64,000 bases of DNA, taken from positions 1-64,000 of the forward strand of contig CP145412.1 in NCBI GenBank assembly GCA_036867785.1, in the 5' to 3' direction. Below, piece after piece: positions 1 to 9,794 of this stretch. The stretch is from Plasmodiophora brassicae (taxonomy: Eukaryota). Within the stretch, counting starts at the first letter, position 1. Every line of letters begins with the position of its first letter. Under the pieces are notes generated by a model that saw nothing but the letters and a program-made list of their open reading frames with translations, did not search any database and was not told the DNA's origin. The position numbers and the translations under genes are program-made.

Positions 1-375
1 AACCCTAAAAACCCTAAAACCCTAAAACCCTAAACCCTAAAACCCTAAAACCCTAAAACCCTAAAACCCTAAAACCCTAAAACCCTAAAACCCTAAAACC
101 CTAAAACCCTAAAACCCTAAAACCCTAAAACCCTAAAACCCTAAAACCCTAAAACCCTAAAACCCTAAAACCCTAAAACCCTAAAACCCTAAAACCCTAA
201 AACCCTAAAACCCTAAAACCCTAAAACCCTAAAACCCTAAAACCCTAAAACCCTAACCCTAAAACCCTAAAACCCTAAAGCCCTAAAACCCTAAAAAAAC
301 CCTAAAAACCCTAAAACCCTAACCCTAAAAAACCCTAAAACCCTAAAACCCTAAAAAACCCTAAAAAACCCTAAA
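1..375 (+). repeat. Telomeric repeat array (CCCTAAAA)n, i.e. TTTTAGGG on the G-rich strand
   Basis: Near-perfect tandem CCCTAAAA from base 1. Variant units (CCCTAA, CCCTAAAG, longer A runs) occur in the proximal ~125 bp. Confidence 0.98.
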
Positions 376-1912
376 GCACCCATCCGAAGGCCGACGATGG
401 GGAATAGCCTTCGGACGGAGGCCGACTCGAAAAGCACTTTCTGGAAGCCGGCCTGGACCCAGAAGAGGCCGGCGCGTTCAGCCCCGGCGCCGTCGCGAGC
501 GTGATCGGACGGCAGGCCTGGATGAAGGGCATTGGCCCGGACAACCTGCCGCTCGACGTGTTCGAAGGCGACACGGAAGCTGCCTCGCAATGGATCTCGG
601 CCATGTTCGTCGTCTTCTACGCGCTTCAGCTGGTGCCTTCGGCGTGGAAGTCGGCCTTCATGAAGCCGTTGCTGAAGAAGGACTGCGATTCCATGGACCC
701 GGGCAGCTGGCGGGTCATCGCGCTCCAGTCGCACCTGCGGAAGACGTACGAGCGCTGCCTCGTCTGGCTGATGCAGTCGCGTGACTGGCTGCGCGTGCAC
801 CGCCTCCAGTTCGGGTTCCAGGACGGGATCGGGTGTCCGGAGGCGATCTGGGTCGCCAGCGAGCTGATCGACAAGTACCGGCGGCTGAAGCAACCGGTCA
901 CGACGATCCTCCTGGACATCCAGAAGGCGTTCGACACGACCGAGCGGCAGCTCGTCTACGAGAAGTTGCTGGCGCGCGGCGTCCCCGCTCACGTTGTCGC
1001 TGTCGTCCAGTCGCTGTTCGACGGGTGCACGTTTCAGGTGATGCTGGACGGGCAGCTGTCGAGCGCGATCGACGTGCTGGTCGGCGTCTTCCAGGGCGCC
1101 GTGCTGTCCCCGTTCCTGTTCAACATTCAGATCGACGACCTGCCGGCCGGGCTGTGCCGCACCTTCGGGCGCGTTGCACCCTCGCTGTACGGCCAGCCGG
1201 TCCCTGCGCAGATGTTCGCCGACGACACGTCTCTGTACGCGTTGTCGGACGACGTTGCACAGCGGATGCTGGACTACTGCGAGGAGTACGCCCGCCGGCA
1301 TCGGTTCGTGTTTAACGCGAGGAAGTCGCAGGTGACGAGGGACCGCCGCGGCGCGACGTTCACGATTAATGGGGACGAAATCCCAGACGAGGCCGACCTG
1401 GCGTCCCCGACCAAGTTCCTGGGCATAGTTATGCGTGGCGGTGATTCGCCCACGATGCCCAGCTCCAGGACCGGACGGGGAAGGCCAAGTCGCTGCTGAT
1501 GGCGATCGGACGGACCGGCGCCCTGGCGACCAAGCACTTGTCCCTGGCCCGCAAGCGACTGCTCATATTCTGCTGGGTTCGCGCCCGCGCCGAGTACGGC
1601 CTCGCCTTCTCGGATCATTCGAAAGCGTCGCTCGCGGGCATGGACCCGTTGATGAAGTCGTCGGTGGCCATGGCCTTCGGGAACCGCAGCACGGCACCCA
1701 ACATCCCAATCTCCATCACGACCAGCGCCATGCGACACGATCGCATCGCGCGCCGAGCACCGCACTGCCGCCGCTCGCCATATTTGGCTGAGCGGCGCAG
1801 TGTGTACAATCATCAGCTGCTCGGGCGACTGGTCCCCGCTGTCGACCCGGCATCGCTTCCGAGCGACGCCGGGCGTCGTCCAGCTTCGTTTCCCCGCCTG
1901 AACAGCGGGTGA
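376..1912 (+). mobile_element. 5'-truncated, decayed non-LTR (LINE) retrotransposon reverse transcriptase abutting the telomere
   Basis: LINE RT motifs KGIGPDNL, WRVIALQS, QFGFQ, LLDIQKAFD, GVFQGAVLSPFLFN, QMFADD, FNARKS, KFLGI. In-frame TAG at 405. Frameshift near 1441-1445, continuing FAHDAQLQDRTGKAK...VRARAEYG to the stop at 1912. No endonuclease domain seen. Confidence 0.9.
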
Positions 1913-2089
1913 ATACATGAGAATTTCCTAAAACCCAATGTCATGCACTGCCGTCAAGGGTCTGCAGACGCGGGACAACAGGATAGGTTTAGTTGTGCTT
2001 CGCTCGTCGGCGAAGTGCACCAGCCTTTAACGACGGCGGTTGCAGACTCGAAACAGGAACAGGAACAGCGCCGCGATCCCAACCGTCCC

Positions 2090-2300
2090 CGACAGGTACG
2101 GCTGCGCGCTATAATATCAAAGAACTGTTCGCGAACATTATCAGCGAAAACCAACGGCTGAGGGCGGGTGCATGTTGGCGATAACGCCGTTGAGAACTAT
2201 CAGCAGTGGACCCCAATTGTTGCCAATCCGGCCCTGGACGCCGAAATAGAGCATATACATGAGCAACCGTCTTTCTTGCAGCGACGAGAAACCAATCGCC
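2090..2300 (+). pseudogene. Possible Helitron RepHel fragment
   Basis: RYNIKELFANIISENQ...CW resembles the Helitron 'LRELFAxIL...LW' segment. Short and interrupted by stops. Confidence 0.3.
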
Positions 2301-2341
2301 TACGAGGGTCGTCGTGTCCTCTAGAAGTCCAACCAGCGTTA

Positions 2342-2584
2342 TCAAAATATAGCCACGCGTAAATCGAGGCAAGAAGTACCGGCGGGCGGGGCGGCGGGAC
2401 GTGACGCGACATAGGCGGCCAGGGCAGCGTCGCGGGCAGCACCGGCGCGGTCGGCGTCGCGCTCCATGCCGGCCAGGCGCGGGTCATCGGGGTTGGCGTC
2501 CCGCGCCTCCCTGACGGCCCTGTTCGCGGCCGCGGCGTCGGCGTCGCGCTGCTTGAATAGCTCCTCCAAAGACTGCGACATGAT
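2342..2584 (-). CDS. Short Ala/Arg/Asp-rich ORF, possibly an orphan first exon
   Basis: MMSQSLEELFKQRDADAAAANRAVREARD... with GC-rich codon usage and a possible GT donor near 2379. No homolog recognised. Confidence 0.3.
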   Translation of the reverse strand: MMSQSLEELFKQRDADAAAANRAVREARDANPDDPRLAGMERDADRAGAARDAALAAYVASRPAAPPAGTSCLDLRVAIF

Positions 2585-2784
2585 GGGCGCCCACGTCAAA
2601 CTGGAGTGAAAGTCCGTGTGGACAGACCTGGCGGCTGGCCAGGAAGGTTGTGAGCGTCGCTCCGAGGCTACCAGTCAGGCGCTCCGAGGCCACTAGTCAG
2701 GCACTTCAGGTCGCCATCATGTCCGAGGGCAGTGCCAAGCGCATGTCGGTATCGGGCACGCCAAGGCCGGACATGCAGGTTGTT

Positions 2785-2981
2785 TGTTCATCCAGAGTAC
2801 CAGTACTCAGATGATGCTGCTCAGATGCTGCTGCCACCCGGTCACATGATCATGACCGTACTCGACCCCGCAGCGGCCCTTGCTGTGACGATCCTGTCCA
2901 AATACATCAGTTCGTTATATCACCAGGCGCCGACTCTTGCGACCGACCGCCCCCGTAGTGGGCAGCGGCGGCGTTAGCACA
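2785..2981 (+). repeat. 5' LTR (197 bp)
   Basis: Read base by base as identical to 7924-8120. Confidence 0.97.
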
Positions 2982-3024
2982 GAAGCTTCTTGCGCAAAGA
3001 GCCCCAAGCAAACGAACTCACTTA

Positions 3025-6000
3025 ATGGCAGGAGGTGGCCGCAGAGCGCCCGTTCGTCTACAGATGGAGGACGACGCCAGGACCAACTCCGACGCCGAGG
3101 CCAAGGAGCATGAATCGTCGACAGATGACGAAATCGATCGAGGGCTTCAGTCAACAAACCTGCACGGTAAGAGCCCGATCTTTATGCCTTTGAAACCGCC
3201 CATCCTACGTACCCTGAGCCTTACGGCCAAGGACGGAATTAACGATTTCCTCAAGAAATATAGGAAACACGTCGAGATCGTTAACGAGCGCCGACTGATC
3301 TACAAGGAGGATATTCATCCGCCAACGGTGAAGTCATGCATTACCGAGGACGTCCTCAGAGGGATGTCGAAATATCGCCTACGTCAACCCGCCAGCACGA
3401 TCACGGATGGCGACATCATGAGCTACTTGAGGTCAGTCCAACGCAGGGAGGCTGATGTCGAGAGTTCGACAGACATCAAGGCGCTTCTCACGAAGACAGT
3501 GGTCATGAACCTGTCAATCAAGAGTATTGAGGAACGTGTCACGTCTTTCTTCGCCAAGTTCGATGAGCTAATCGACGACTATGGGCTACAAGACACATAC
3601 GCCAAAGGAACGAAAGGAACCAAGCGCAAGATCAAGGTATTACGCGGAGGTATCCGTCCCACTGACCTTGCGGTTCTAGTCGAACGCGCGATCGAGTTCG
3701 GAGGGTGCAGGGACGCTGAGAAGGACGAGCTCAAATTCTTCGACCTCGTCGACCGTCTTGCCAAAGAGCAGGACAAACACTTCCGGCTGCAAGCTGAGAA
3801 GAAGAAGTCTCCAGCGCAGACCATGTCCCCACCTGCAGGTAAGAAAGGTAAGGACGTTGTTGCTCCGAATAGGAATGGCGGCAAGCATCCGACAAATCCG
3901 ATCGGACTGAAGACAGCTCAATCGTCCACATCGCAAACGAAAGACGAATCGAGGGACATCCCCGAGCACATCCGAAAACGTTTCGAAGGTAAGGATCCTC
4001 CAAAGGCAGGTTGCCTAATCTGCAAGGAGCAGCACTGGGTCCAAGTGTGCCCGAAGGCAACTCAAGGAGAACGCAAAGCTGCCATTGAAAAGTTCCAGAA
4101 AGAGCGCAAAGAGAAGGAGGAGAGTAAGGGCAACGCAGACACGGCAAAGCGCATGGGCCCGCCGTCGCCGTCAACACCGTCCCCTATGAGACTTCGCTTC
4201 CAGAACTCGCTCGACCTTCCATTCGAAGCCGATAGTGGTGCGACGAAGACCGTCATTTCGCAATCGCAACTGCTACGGATTCAAGCCATCCAGCATGTCC
4301 CAGTCAAAGTGTTCGACCATCCAACGGAGGCGAAACTTGCAACGATCGGGGCTACGACAACAATTGTCGCCACAGCGATCGTGGACATCACCATTGTCCC
4401 ACCTTCGCATGGCAAACCTGCACATCTACGCGGGCGGGAAATCAACGTATGTCGCGAAGACCTATCTGATGACATTGTCCTTTTAGGAGCCCCGGAACTG
4501 GACGCGTTGGGTATCAATCCAGCTACACAACTGAAGGAGATGTTAATCGAGGCAAATGGTCCTATCATCATCGAAGCGGATCCGACCCCGGAACGTCACG
4601 CCCCAGGTGGTCAAGGGATCACGATGAGAGCGGTAAGACACCCGGAGGTAAGTGGAACAACTCGCGATCATGAGCCCCAATTGGACACCAATGATCCGGG
4701 TGACGACTATGATGTCGAAATCGGAGAACACTCCGATACAGACGTGGACAGGGCAATAGACCGGATGATACAACGTGCAACTGACTCCGGTTTCCCTAAC
4801 GATCAAGTCCCGCGTCTACGCACAACTGTCAATCGACACAAAGACATATGGCGAACGAAGCTTGGCCGTGATCCACCTGCGAAAGTAAGTCCACTGAAAC
4901 TACACTTCAAAGCAGATGCTCGTCCTGTTCGTTGCCGAACACGAAGGTATACCCTCGAACATCAAAAATTCATGGATGATCACGTAGGAACCTTGGCGGA
5001 AAACGATTTTGTGTACCGCAATCCGCACAGCAGGTACGCGTCGCCGTGTCTGGTCGTCGACAAGAAGGACACGGAGGTTCGCGGCCATCGGCTGACCGTC
5101 GACATCAATGAAGCCGTCAACAAACAGACCGAACGCATTGCATGGCCGATGCCTCACATCGACATCATCCTGACCTACCTACGTTCCGCGAACATCTTCA
5201 TGCTGTTCGATGCCTTTAAAGGCTATTGGCAATTTCCGTTGCACCCTGATTCGCAGGAGGCCTGCTCGTTCATGACGCACATCGCCACGTTTACACCCAG
5301 GCGCATCATCCAGGGAATCGCTGATTGCGTGTTTGCGTTCCAGGCGGGAATGCAACAGGTGTTGGGGAAACTTCTATATATCTGCGCCCTACTCTGGATC
5401 GACGATATCCTCGGCTACGTATCTGGATTCGGAGCCTACATGGACACACTCGAATCTCTTCTCAACGCTTTCGACGAGTTTGGAGTTAAACTCAACCCTG
5501 ATCGCTGCCAGTTATATCTCACTTCAGTGACATGGTGCGGTCGCGTTATATCCGCTGATGGAGTGTCGTTCGATCGCTCGTATCTCAACGCCTTGCACGA
5601 TCTATCAACTCCTATCACGGCTGCTGATCTCCAACAGTTCCTCTCGGGCCTCAATTGGGTCCGTTCTGTTATCCCTCAATTCGCGGCACATGTTCATCCG
5701 CTACAGGATCTACTTCTGTCCGCTTCTCGTTCTGTCAGCAGTCTGAAGAAATCACACCTACGTCGAGTTCGTTTAGCCGACATCGGCTGGACCACTGACC
5801 ATCTCACCAGTTTCAATTCTCTGAAGCATCGACTATCGGAGGCCATGACGCTGGCGCACCCCAAGGACGAATGGATCATGTGTCTCTTTCCGGATGCGAG
5901 TGACCGTTTCTGGTCTGTTTTCCTGTCGCAGATCCCTCCGGAAGATATTGATCTCCCGTACGGTGAGCAACACCACGAACCTTTGTCGTTCATCTCGGGG

Positions 6001-7914
6001 ACATTCCGTGGTTCTCAATTGAAGTGGGCGACCATTGAGAAGGAGGCCTACGCCATCATTGAAGGCTGCTATCGCCTCAGACACTTCATCTCTATGTCAA
6101 AGCTGGCACTTCGAATCTTCACAGACCACCGTAATTTGGTTTTCATTCTGAACCCAGCCTCGGTTGCACGAATTAGTCGGACGACCGGCGATCGCTTGGA
6201 GCGCTGGCGACTTCAGATTATCGACCTAGATTTTCACATTGAGCACATTGCTGGGGAGGACAACGTTTGGGCCGACCTCGCCACGCGGTGGGGCGTCGCC
6301 CTGCAACCACTCTCCTCATTTTCCCCTCCATCGTTCCGTTCTATTCGTCATATGGCAATTAATCTTGACTTCGACGATTACAAGATGACCGATGAGTTTA
6401 TCTGGCCGTCTGTCGACGAGATTAGTAACGCTCAGACCGACTACATTCGCCAACACGACCTATCTGCCGTTTCCGATATTCTCCAACTCGAAGGGGACAT
6501 GTCTCTCCACCTTAGCCCGGAATCTGGCTGGCGTACTCCAGACAATCAACTCTGGGTACCATCACATGCACTGCAGCTACGCATCGCAGTGATTTCACAT
6601 ATGGGACTGTCTGGTCATCAACCTGCTGCATCGACTATTTCGAGCATCGCACAACTCTTCTGGTGGCCTGATCTGGATTCCTTTGTTCGTGCATTTGTGG
6701 ACAAATGCTTACACTGCCTACGCAACAAAGATTCGATGATTCCCCGACCTTTTGGCACGGCTATGCATGCGGACAAGCCCAATAAGGTCATCCACTATGA
6801 CTTTCTGTTCTTATCCAAACCTCGTCCAGGCGATTCTCATCAACTTCGTTATGTTCTGGTTCTGAAGGACGACGCCACGGCATTCGTCGAGTTAATTCCT
6901 TGTCAATTCGCGGATCACAGCGTTGTCGCCGAATCTCTTCTGGATTGGTTCAAACGTTTCGGCATTGTTTTCCAACATGTCTCTGACCGCGGCACACACT
7001 TCAAAAACGCGGTTATCGCCGAGCTTAATAGCCGGTTACACTGCAACCATCATTTCACAACTGCCTACACACCTTGGGCGAACGGCACGGTTGAGGTTGT
7101 CAACAAGCGGCTTCTCTTTCTGCTGAAGTCCCTCCTCTCCGAGCTAAATCTTCCATTCCAGGATTGGCCGTATGTCCTTCCGCTGATCAACATGACGGTA
7201 AATCACACTGTTCGATCAAGTGTGGGCTACGCGCCTGTCACGATGTTTACGGGTTTGCCACCCTCGACACCTATCTCGATTATCTTCAACAAACGCATCG
7301 ACGCGGTTATCGACGTACCGTTGACCCCTGACCGTCTCAAGGAAATGACGACGGAACTTATCGATTCTCTCGAGGACATGCACAAAGCAGTGGCACGTAC
7401 ACGCACCCATCTACGTGATCTCAAGCAACGCGCCCGGCGTCGCCGACGCAATGTTCGCGAGATCAACTTCACGACGGGCGACTATGTTCTCGTGGCCAAC
7501 CATGGCAAGCACTCCAAGTCCGAGTACAACTGGACTGGACCTGCCCAGATTATCGACACCATCAACGACTGGGTGTATCGAGTTCGAGATCTCTTGACTG
7601 ATCATATCTCAGATGTACACGCCCAGCGCTTAATGTTCTATGCAGATGCGCACTTGAATGTCACCTCTTCCCTGAAGCACAACATCGCGCTCACCGGCGT
7701 GGCTTACCAAGTCAACGCAGTCGAGGACATTCGAGTCAACTCTACGTCAGGTGACACTGAACTACTGATCAACTGGATCGGATTCGATGCCACCGACAAT
7801 TCATGGGAACCTTACTCGGTCATGGCGGCCGATGTTCCTGATATCGTCAGGGCCTTCCTCGAACGACAAGCCGAAGGAGACCCGCTCTGCTCACGACTGT
7901 TAGCAGATTTCTAA
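3025..7914 (+). CDS. Gag-Pol polyprotein (Gag, zinc knuckle, protease, RT, RNase H, integrase, chromodomain), 1629 aa
   Basis: CLICKEQHWVQVC knuckle; ADSGA protease; FDAFKGYWQ and LWIDD RT; PDASD, EKEAYA and TDHRNL RNase H; HMGLSGH...CLHC, HYDF, SDRGTHF, NGTVE integrase; LLINWIGFDATDNSWEP chromodomain. Confidence 0.97.
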   Translation: MAGGGRRAPVRLQMEDDARTNSDAEAKEHESSTDDEIDRGLQSTNLHGKSPIFMPLKPPILRTLSLTAKDGINDFLKKYRKHVEIVNERRLIYKEDIHPPTVKSCITEDVLRGMSKYRLRQPASTITDGDIMSYLRSVQRREADVESSTDIKALLTKTVVMNLSIKSIEERVTSFFAKFDELIDDYGLQDTYAKGTKGTKRKIKVLRGGIRPTDLAVLVERAIEFGGCRDAEKDELKFFDLVDRLAKEQDKHFRLQAEKKKSPAQTMSPPAGKKGKDVVAPNRNGGKHPTNPIGLKTAQSSTSQTKDESRDIPEHIRKRFEGKDPPKAGCLICKEQHWVQVCPKATQGERKAAIEKFQKERKEKEESKGNADTAKRMGPPSPSTPSPMRLRFQNSLDLPFEADSGATKTVISQSQLLRIQAIQHVPVKVFDHPTEAKLATIGATTTIVATAIVDITIVPPSHGKPAHLRGREINVCREDLSDDIVLLGAPELDALGINPATQLKEMLIEANGPIIIEADPTPERHAPGGQGITMRAVRHPEVSGTTRDHEPQLDTNDPGDDYDVEIGEHSDTDVDRAIDRMIQRATDSGFPNDQVPRLRTTVNRHKDIWRTKLGRDPPAKVSPLKLHFKADARPVRCRTRRYTLEHQKFMDDHVGTLAENDFVYRNPHSRYASPCLVVDKKDTEVRGHRLTVDINEAVNKQTERIAWPMPHIDIILTYLRSANIFMLFDAFKGYWQFPLHPDSQEACSFMTHIATFTPRRIIQGIADCVFAFQAGMQQVLGKLLYICALLWIDDILGYVSGFGAYMDTLESLLNAFDEFGVKLNPDRCQLYLTSVTWCGRVISADGVSFDRSYLNALHDLSTPITAADLQQFLSGLNWVRSVIPQFAAHVHPLQDLLLSASRSVSSLKKSHLRRVRLADIGWTTDHLTSFNSLKHRLSEAMTLAHPKDEWIMCLFPDASDRFWSVFLSQIPPEDIDLPYGEQHHEPLSFISGTFRGSQLKWATIEKEAYAIIEGCYRLRHFISMSKLALRIFTDHRNLVFILNPASVARISRTTGDRLERWRLQIIDLDFHIEHIAGEDNVWADLATRWGVALQPLSSFSPPSFRSIRHMAINLDFDDYKMTDEFIWPSVDEISNAQTDYIRQHDLSAVSDILQLEGDMSLHLSPESGWRTPDNQLWVPSHALQLRIAVISHMGLSGHQPAASTISSIAQLFWWPDLDSFVRAFVDKCLHCLRNKDSMIPRPFGTAMHADKPNKVIHYDFLFLSKPRPGDSHQLRYVLVLKDDATAFVELIPCQFADHSVVAESLLDWFKRFGIVFQHVSDRGTHFKNAVIAELNSRLHCNHHFTTAYTPWANGTVEVVNKRLLFLLKSLLSELNLPFQDWPYVLPLINMTVNHTVRSSVGYAPVTMFTGLPPSTPISIIFNKRIDAVIDVPLTPDRLKEMTTELIDSLEDMHKAVARTRTHLRDLKQRARRRRRNVREINFTTGDYVLVANHGKHSKSEYNWTGPAQIIDTINDWVYRVRDLLTDHISDVHAQRLMFYADAHLNVTSSLKHNIALTGVAYQVNAVEDIRVNSTSGDTELLINWIGFDATDNSWEPYSVMAADVPDIVRAFLERQAEGDPLCSRLLADF

Positions 7915-7923
7915 CACGGGGAG

Positions 7924-8120
7924 TGTTCATCCAGAGTACCAGTACTCAGATGATGCTGCTCAGATGCTGCTGCCACCCGGTCACATGATCATGACCGTAC
8001 TCGACCCCGCAGCGGCCCTTGCTGTGACGATCCTGTCCAAATACATCAGTTCGTTATATCACCAGGCGCCGACTCTTGCGACCGACCGCCCCCGTAGTGG
8101 GCAGCGGCGGCGTTAGCACA
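7924..8120 (+). repeat. 3' LTR (197 bp)
   Basis: Identical to 2785-2981. Confidence 0.97.
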
Positions 8121-8479
8121 TGTTGGTCGATGACGATGGTGGCCCGTCGGCCACCACAGATGGGGCTCTGCGGCCAGATGTTGTTGGCGCAAGAACCATG
8201 GCACGATTGTCGACAATAGAGTGTACTTACTCAACCGAGAAGCCCGGGCCGCCCGCATGCGAAAATGGGCATGTCGGCGGAGGCTTGGTACGCCAGCATT
8301 ATCGTCTGTTGGTGGCGCGCGGCGCCGGCGGCGGCCAACCTTCGCACCGCATTGGGGCGTCGCCCCCCGTGACGACGGCACGTGGACGGAAGGACGATGC
8401 GTCGCCCGATCGATCCGCCATCGTGTGCCGCACGAATATGCTGGTGCCGAGGGGCGGGAGGGTGCTTGTGGCGTCGAAA

Positions 8480-9080
8480 GAGAGGATGAACGGCGAGTGA
8501 GGATTTAAGTTCATCGGAAAGGAGATGTATATTGGAAGGTCAGGGGTAAGTACTGTTGCAGGGTTGCTGGCCTATCGTGCGGCGACCAGCACAGCGAAGA
8601 ACCACGTCGTAGCTTGGTGTCCTGGTTCTGACGAACTTACAGCAGGTTCTGCTGCTCGATGCGAAGATACTGATGCACCACGACTGTGGAAACAGCTTAC
8701 GACACCGAATTAATGAGGACGTTGTCGCCAATGTCGCGTTGCTGGAGAGGTACTGCGTGTGCGCCTTCAACGTGACGCCCGTGTCTTGCTTGAATGCGAT
8801 AGGGCAGCCTTCGCGACCGTGCCAAACCATAATCAGATAGGAAAGGGCGTTGTACAGCGGGTGTGTCTCCTTAACGAAGCGCAGTCCGCCACCACGTACA
8901 TGTACATAGCACCAAGTTGCGTCCCTTGTCAAGCGCGCCCGTCGACATTGTCTGCATCGAGAACGACAGCATCGAACTTCGGAACCGTGGGCTCGTTGTA
9001 GCGCCGAACATGTTCCCTGCTGGGGCGCTGGCAATGACAACCACTCGCAGATTTGGCGACTTGCACATGCGGCCCTTCCA
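8480..9080 (-). pseudogene. Decayed Helitron Rep (Helitron_like_N region) fragment
   Basis: Motifs across shifted frames in the expected order: RRYNEPTV; GGGLRFVKETHPLYNALSYLIMVWHGREG (cf. GGLxRIxExHPxYDPLQYPLLFPxGExG); RKLFPQ; PDLPIYISFPMNLNP. Confidence 0.7.
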
Positions 9081-9132
9081 ACCGATTTCGGACCGGGCAC
9101 CAAGGTCGGATCAGCCCTGACAGCGGGGTGCA

Positions 9133-9219
9133 TTTATGCAAATTGACGGCGTTGACACAGCGCGTTGCTTGATCAAGCAACGCGCTGCGCGGTGTGTCAA
9201 TGCCGTCAAGTTGCATAAA
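9133..9219. repeat. 87-bp hairpin with a perfect 30-bp palindromic core (9158-9187)
   Basis: Core CAGCGCGTTGCTTGA|TCAAGCAACGCGCTG. Outer arms TTTATGCAAATTGACGGCGTTGACACA and TGTGTCAATGCCGTCAAGTTGCATAAA. Confidence 0.9.
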
Positions 9220-9448
9220 CCAGGCGTGGCATTCGGTCCTACTTGCGTGCTCCAATGCACGACATTCCGTTTTTCTCGTCTGGTCAGGGTCTGGCATGGT
9301 CGTATCGCAGACGGAGCCAAACCCGGTGGCCCGGAACGACGACTGGCTCCTCGCCCTTTGTCGACTCCAGCGATTGCTGCCGCTGCGAGCGGGCTGCGGC
9401 CAGGGCGACTTGCGGGGCTGGTGTGCACGAGTATAGGCCAGCTGCTGC

Positions 9449-9794
9449 ATTAGATCGACACGAGCGTCCGCCGACTCAGCATGACGTCGTCCTGCCGTCT
9501 GCCGAAGACGGCGCTGGGTGCGGCGCCCGTCGCAGGACGTACATCGGTGTCGGCAGACTATGTCGCTGGGGTCGTCCACAGCAGGCGGCGCTAGACGTCG
9601 CTGTTCTGCAGGACGACCTGCAGGACAGGGAAGAGACGCATTCTATGCTGTCGGCGAGGTCGGCAACACCCTTGGCTGGTCTGCCGATCACGACACCGAT
9701 GTACGTCCTGCGACGGGCGCCGCACCCAGCGCCGTCTTCGGCAGACGGCAGGACAACGTCATGCTGAGTCGGCGGACGCGCGTGTCGACCTAAT
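9449..9794. repeat. Inverted repeat, 104-bp arms (9449-9552 and 9691-9794), 138-bp spacer
   Basis: Arms are reverse complements with about 3 mismatches. Confidence 0.92.

Larger units (their letters stand above)
2785..8120 (+). mobile_element. Full-length Ty3/gypsy (chromodomain-bearing) LTR retrotransposon
   Basis: Identical 197-bp LTRs at 2785-2981 and 7924-8120 (TGT...ACA). 4-bp TSD TGTT at 2781-2784 and 8121-8124. Purine tract GGGGAG just before the 3' LTR. Single intact gag-pol ORF. Confidence 0.97.

Noticed and set aside
250-375. Variant telomere units as evidence of a different telomerase template
   Set aside because: Mostly A-run length differences, compatible with ordinary proximal decay or homopolymer sequencing error.
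376-1912. Telomerase or Penelope-like RT at the telomere
   Set aside because: Motifs (GPD, DIQKAFD, QGAVLSPFLFN, FADD) are LINE-type.
2658-2701. 22-bp two-copy tandem repeat
   Set aside because: Local slippage duplication with no evident function.
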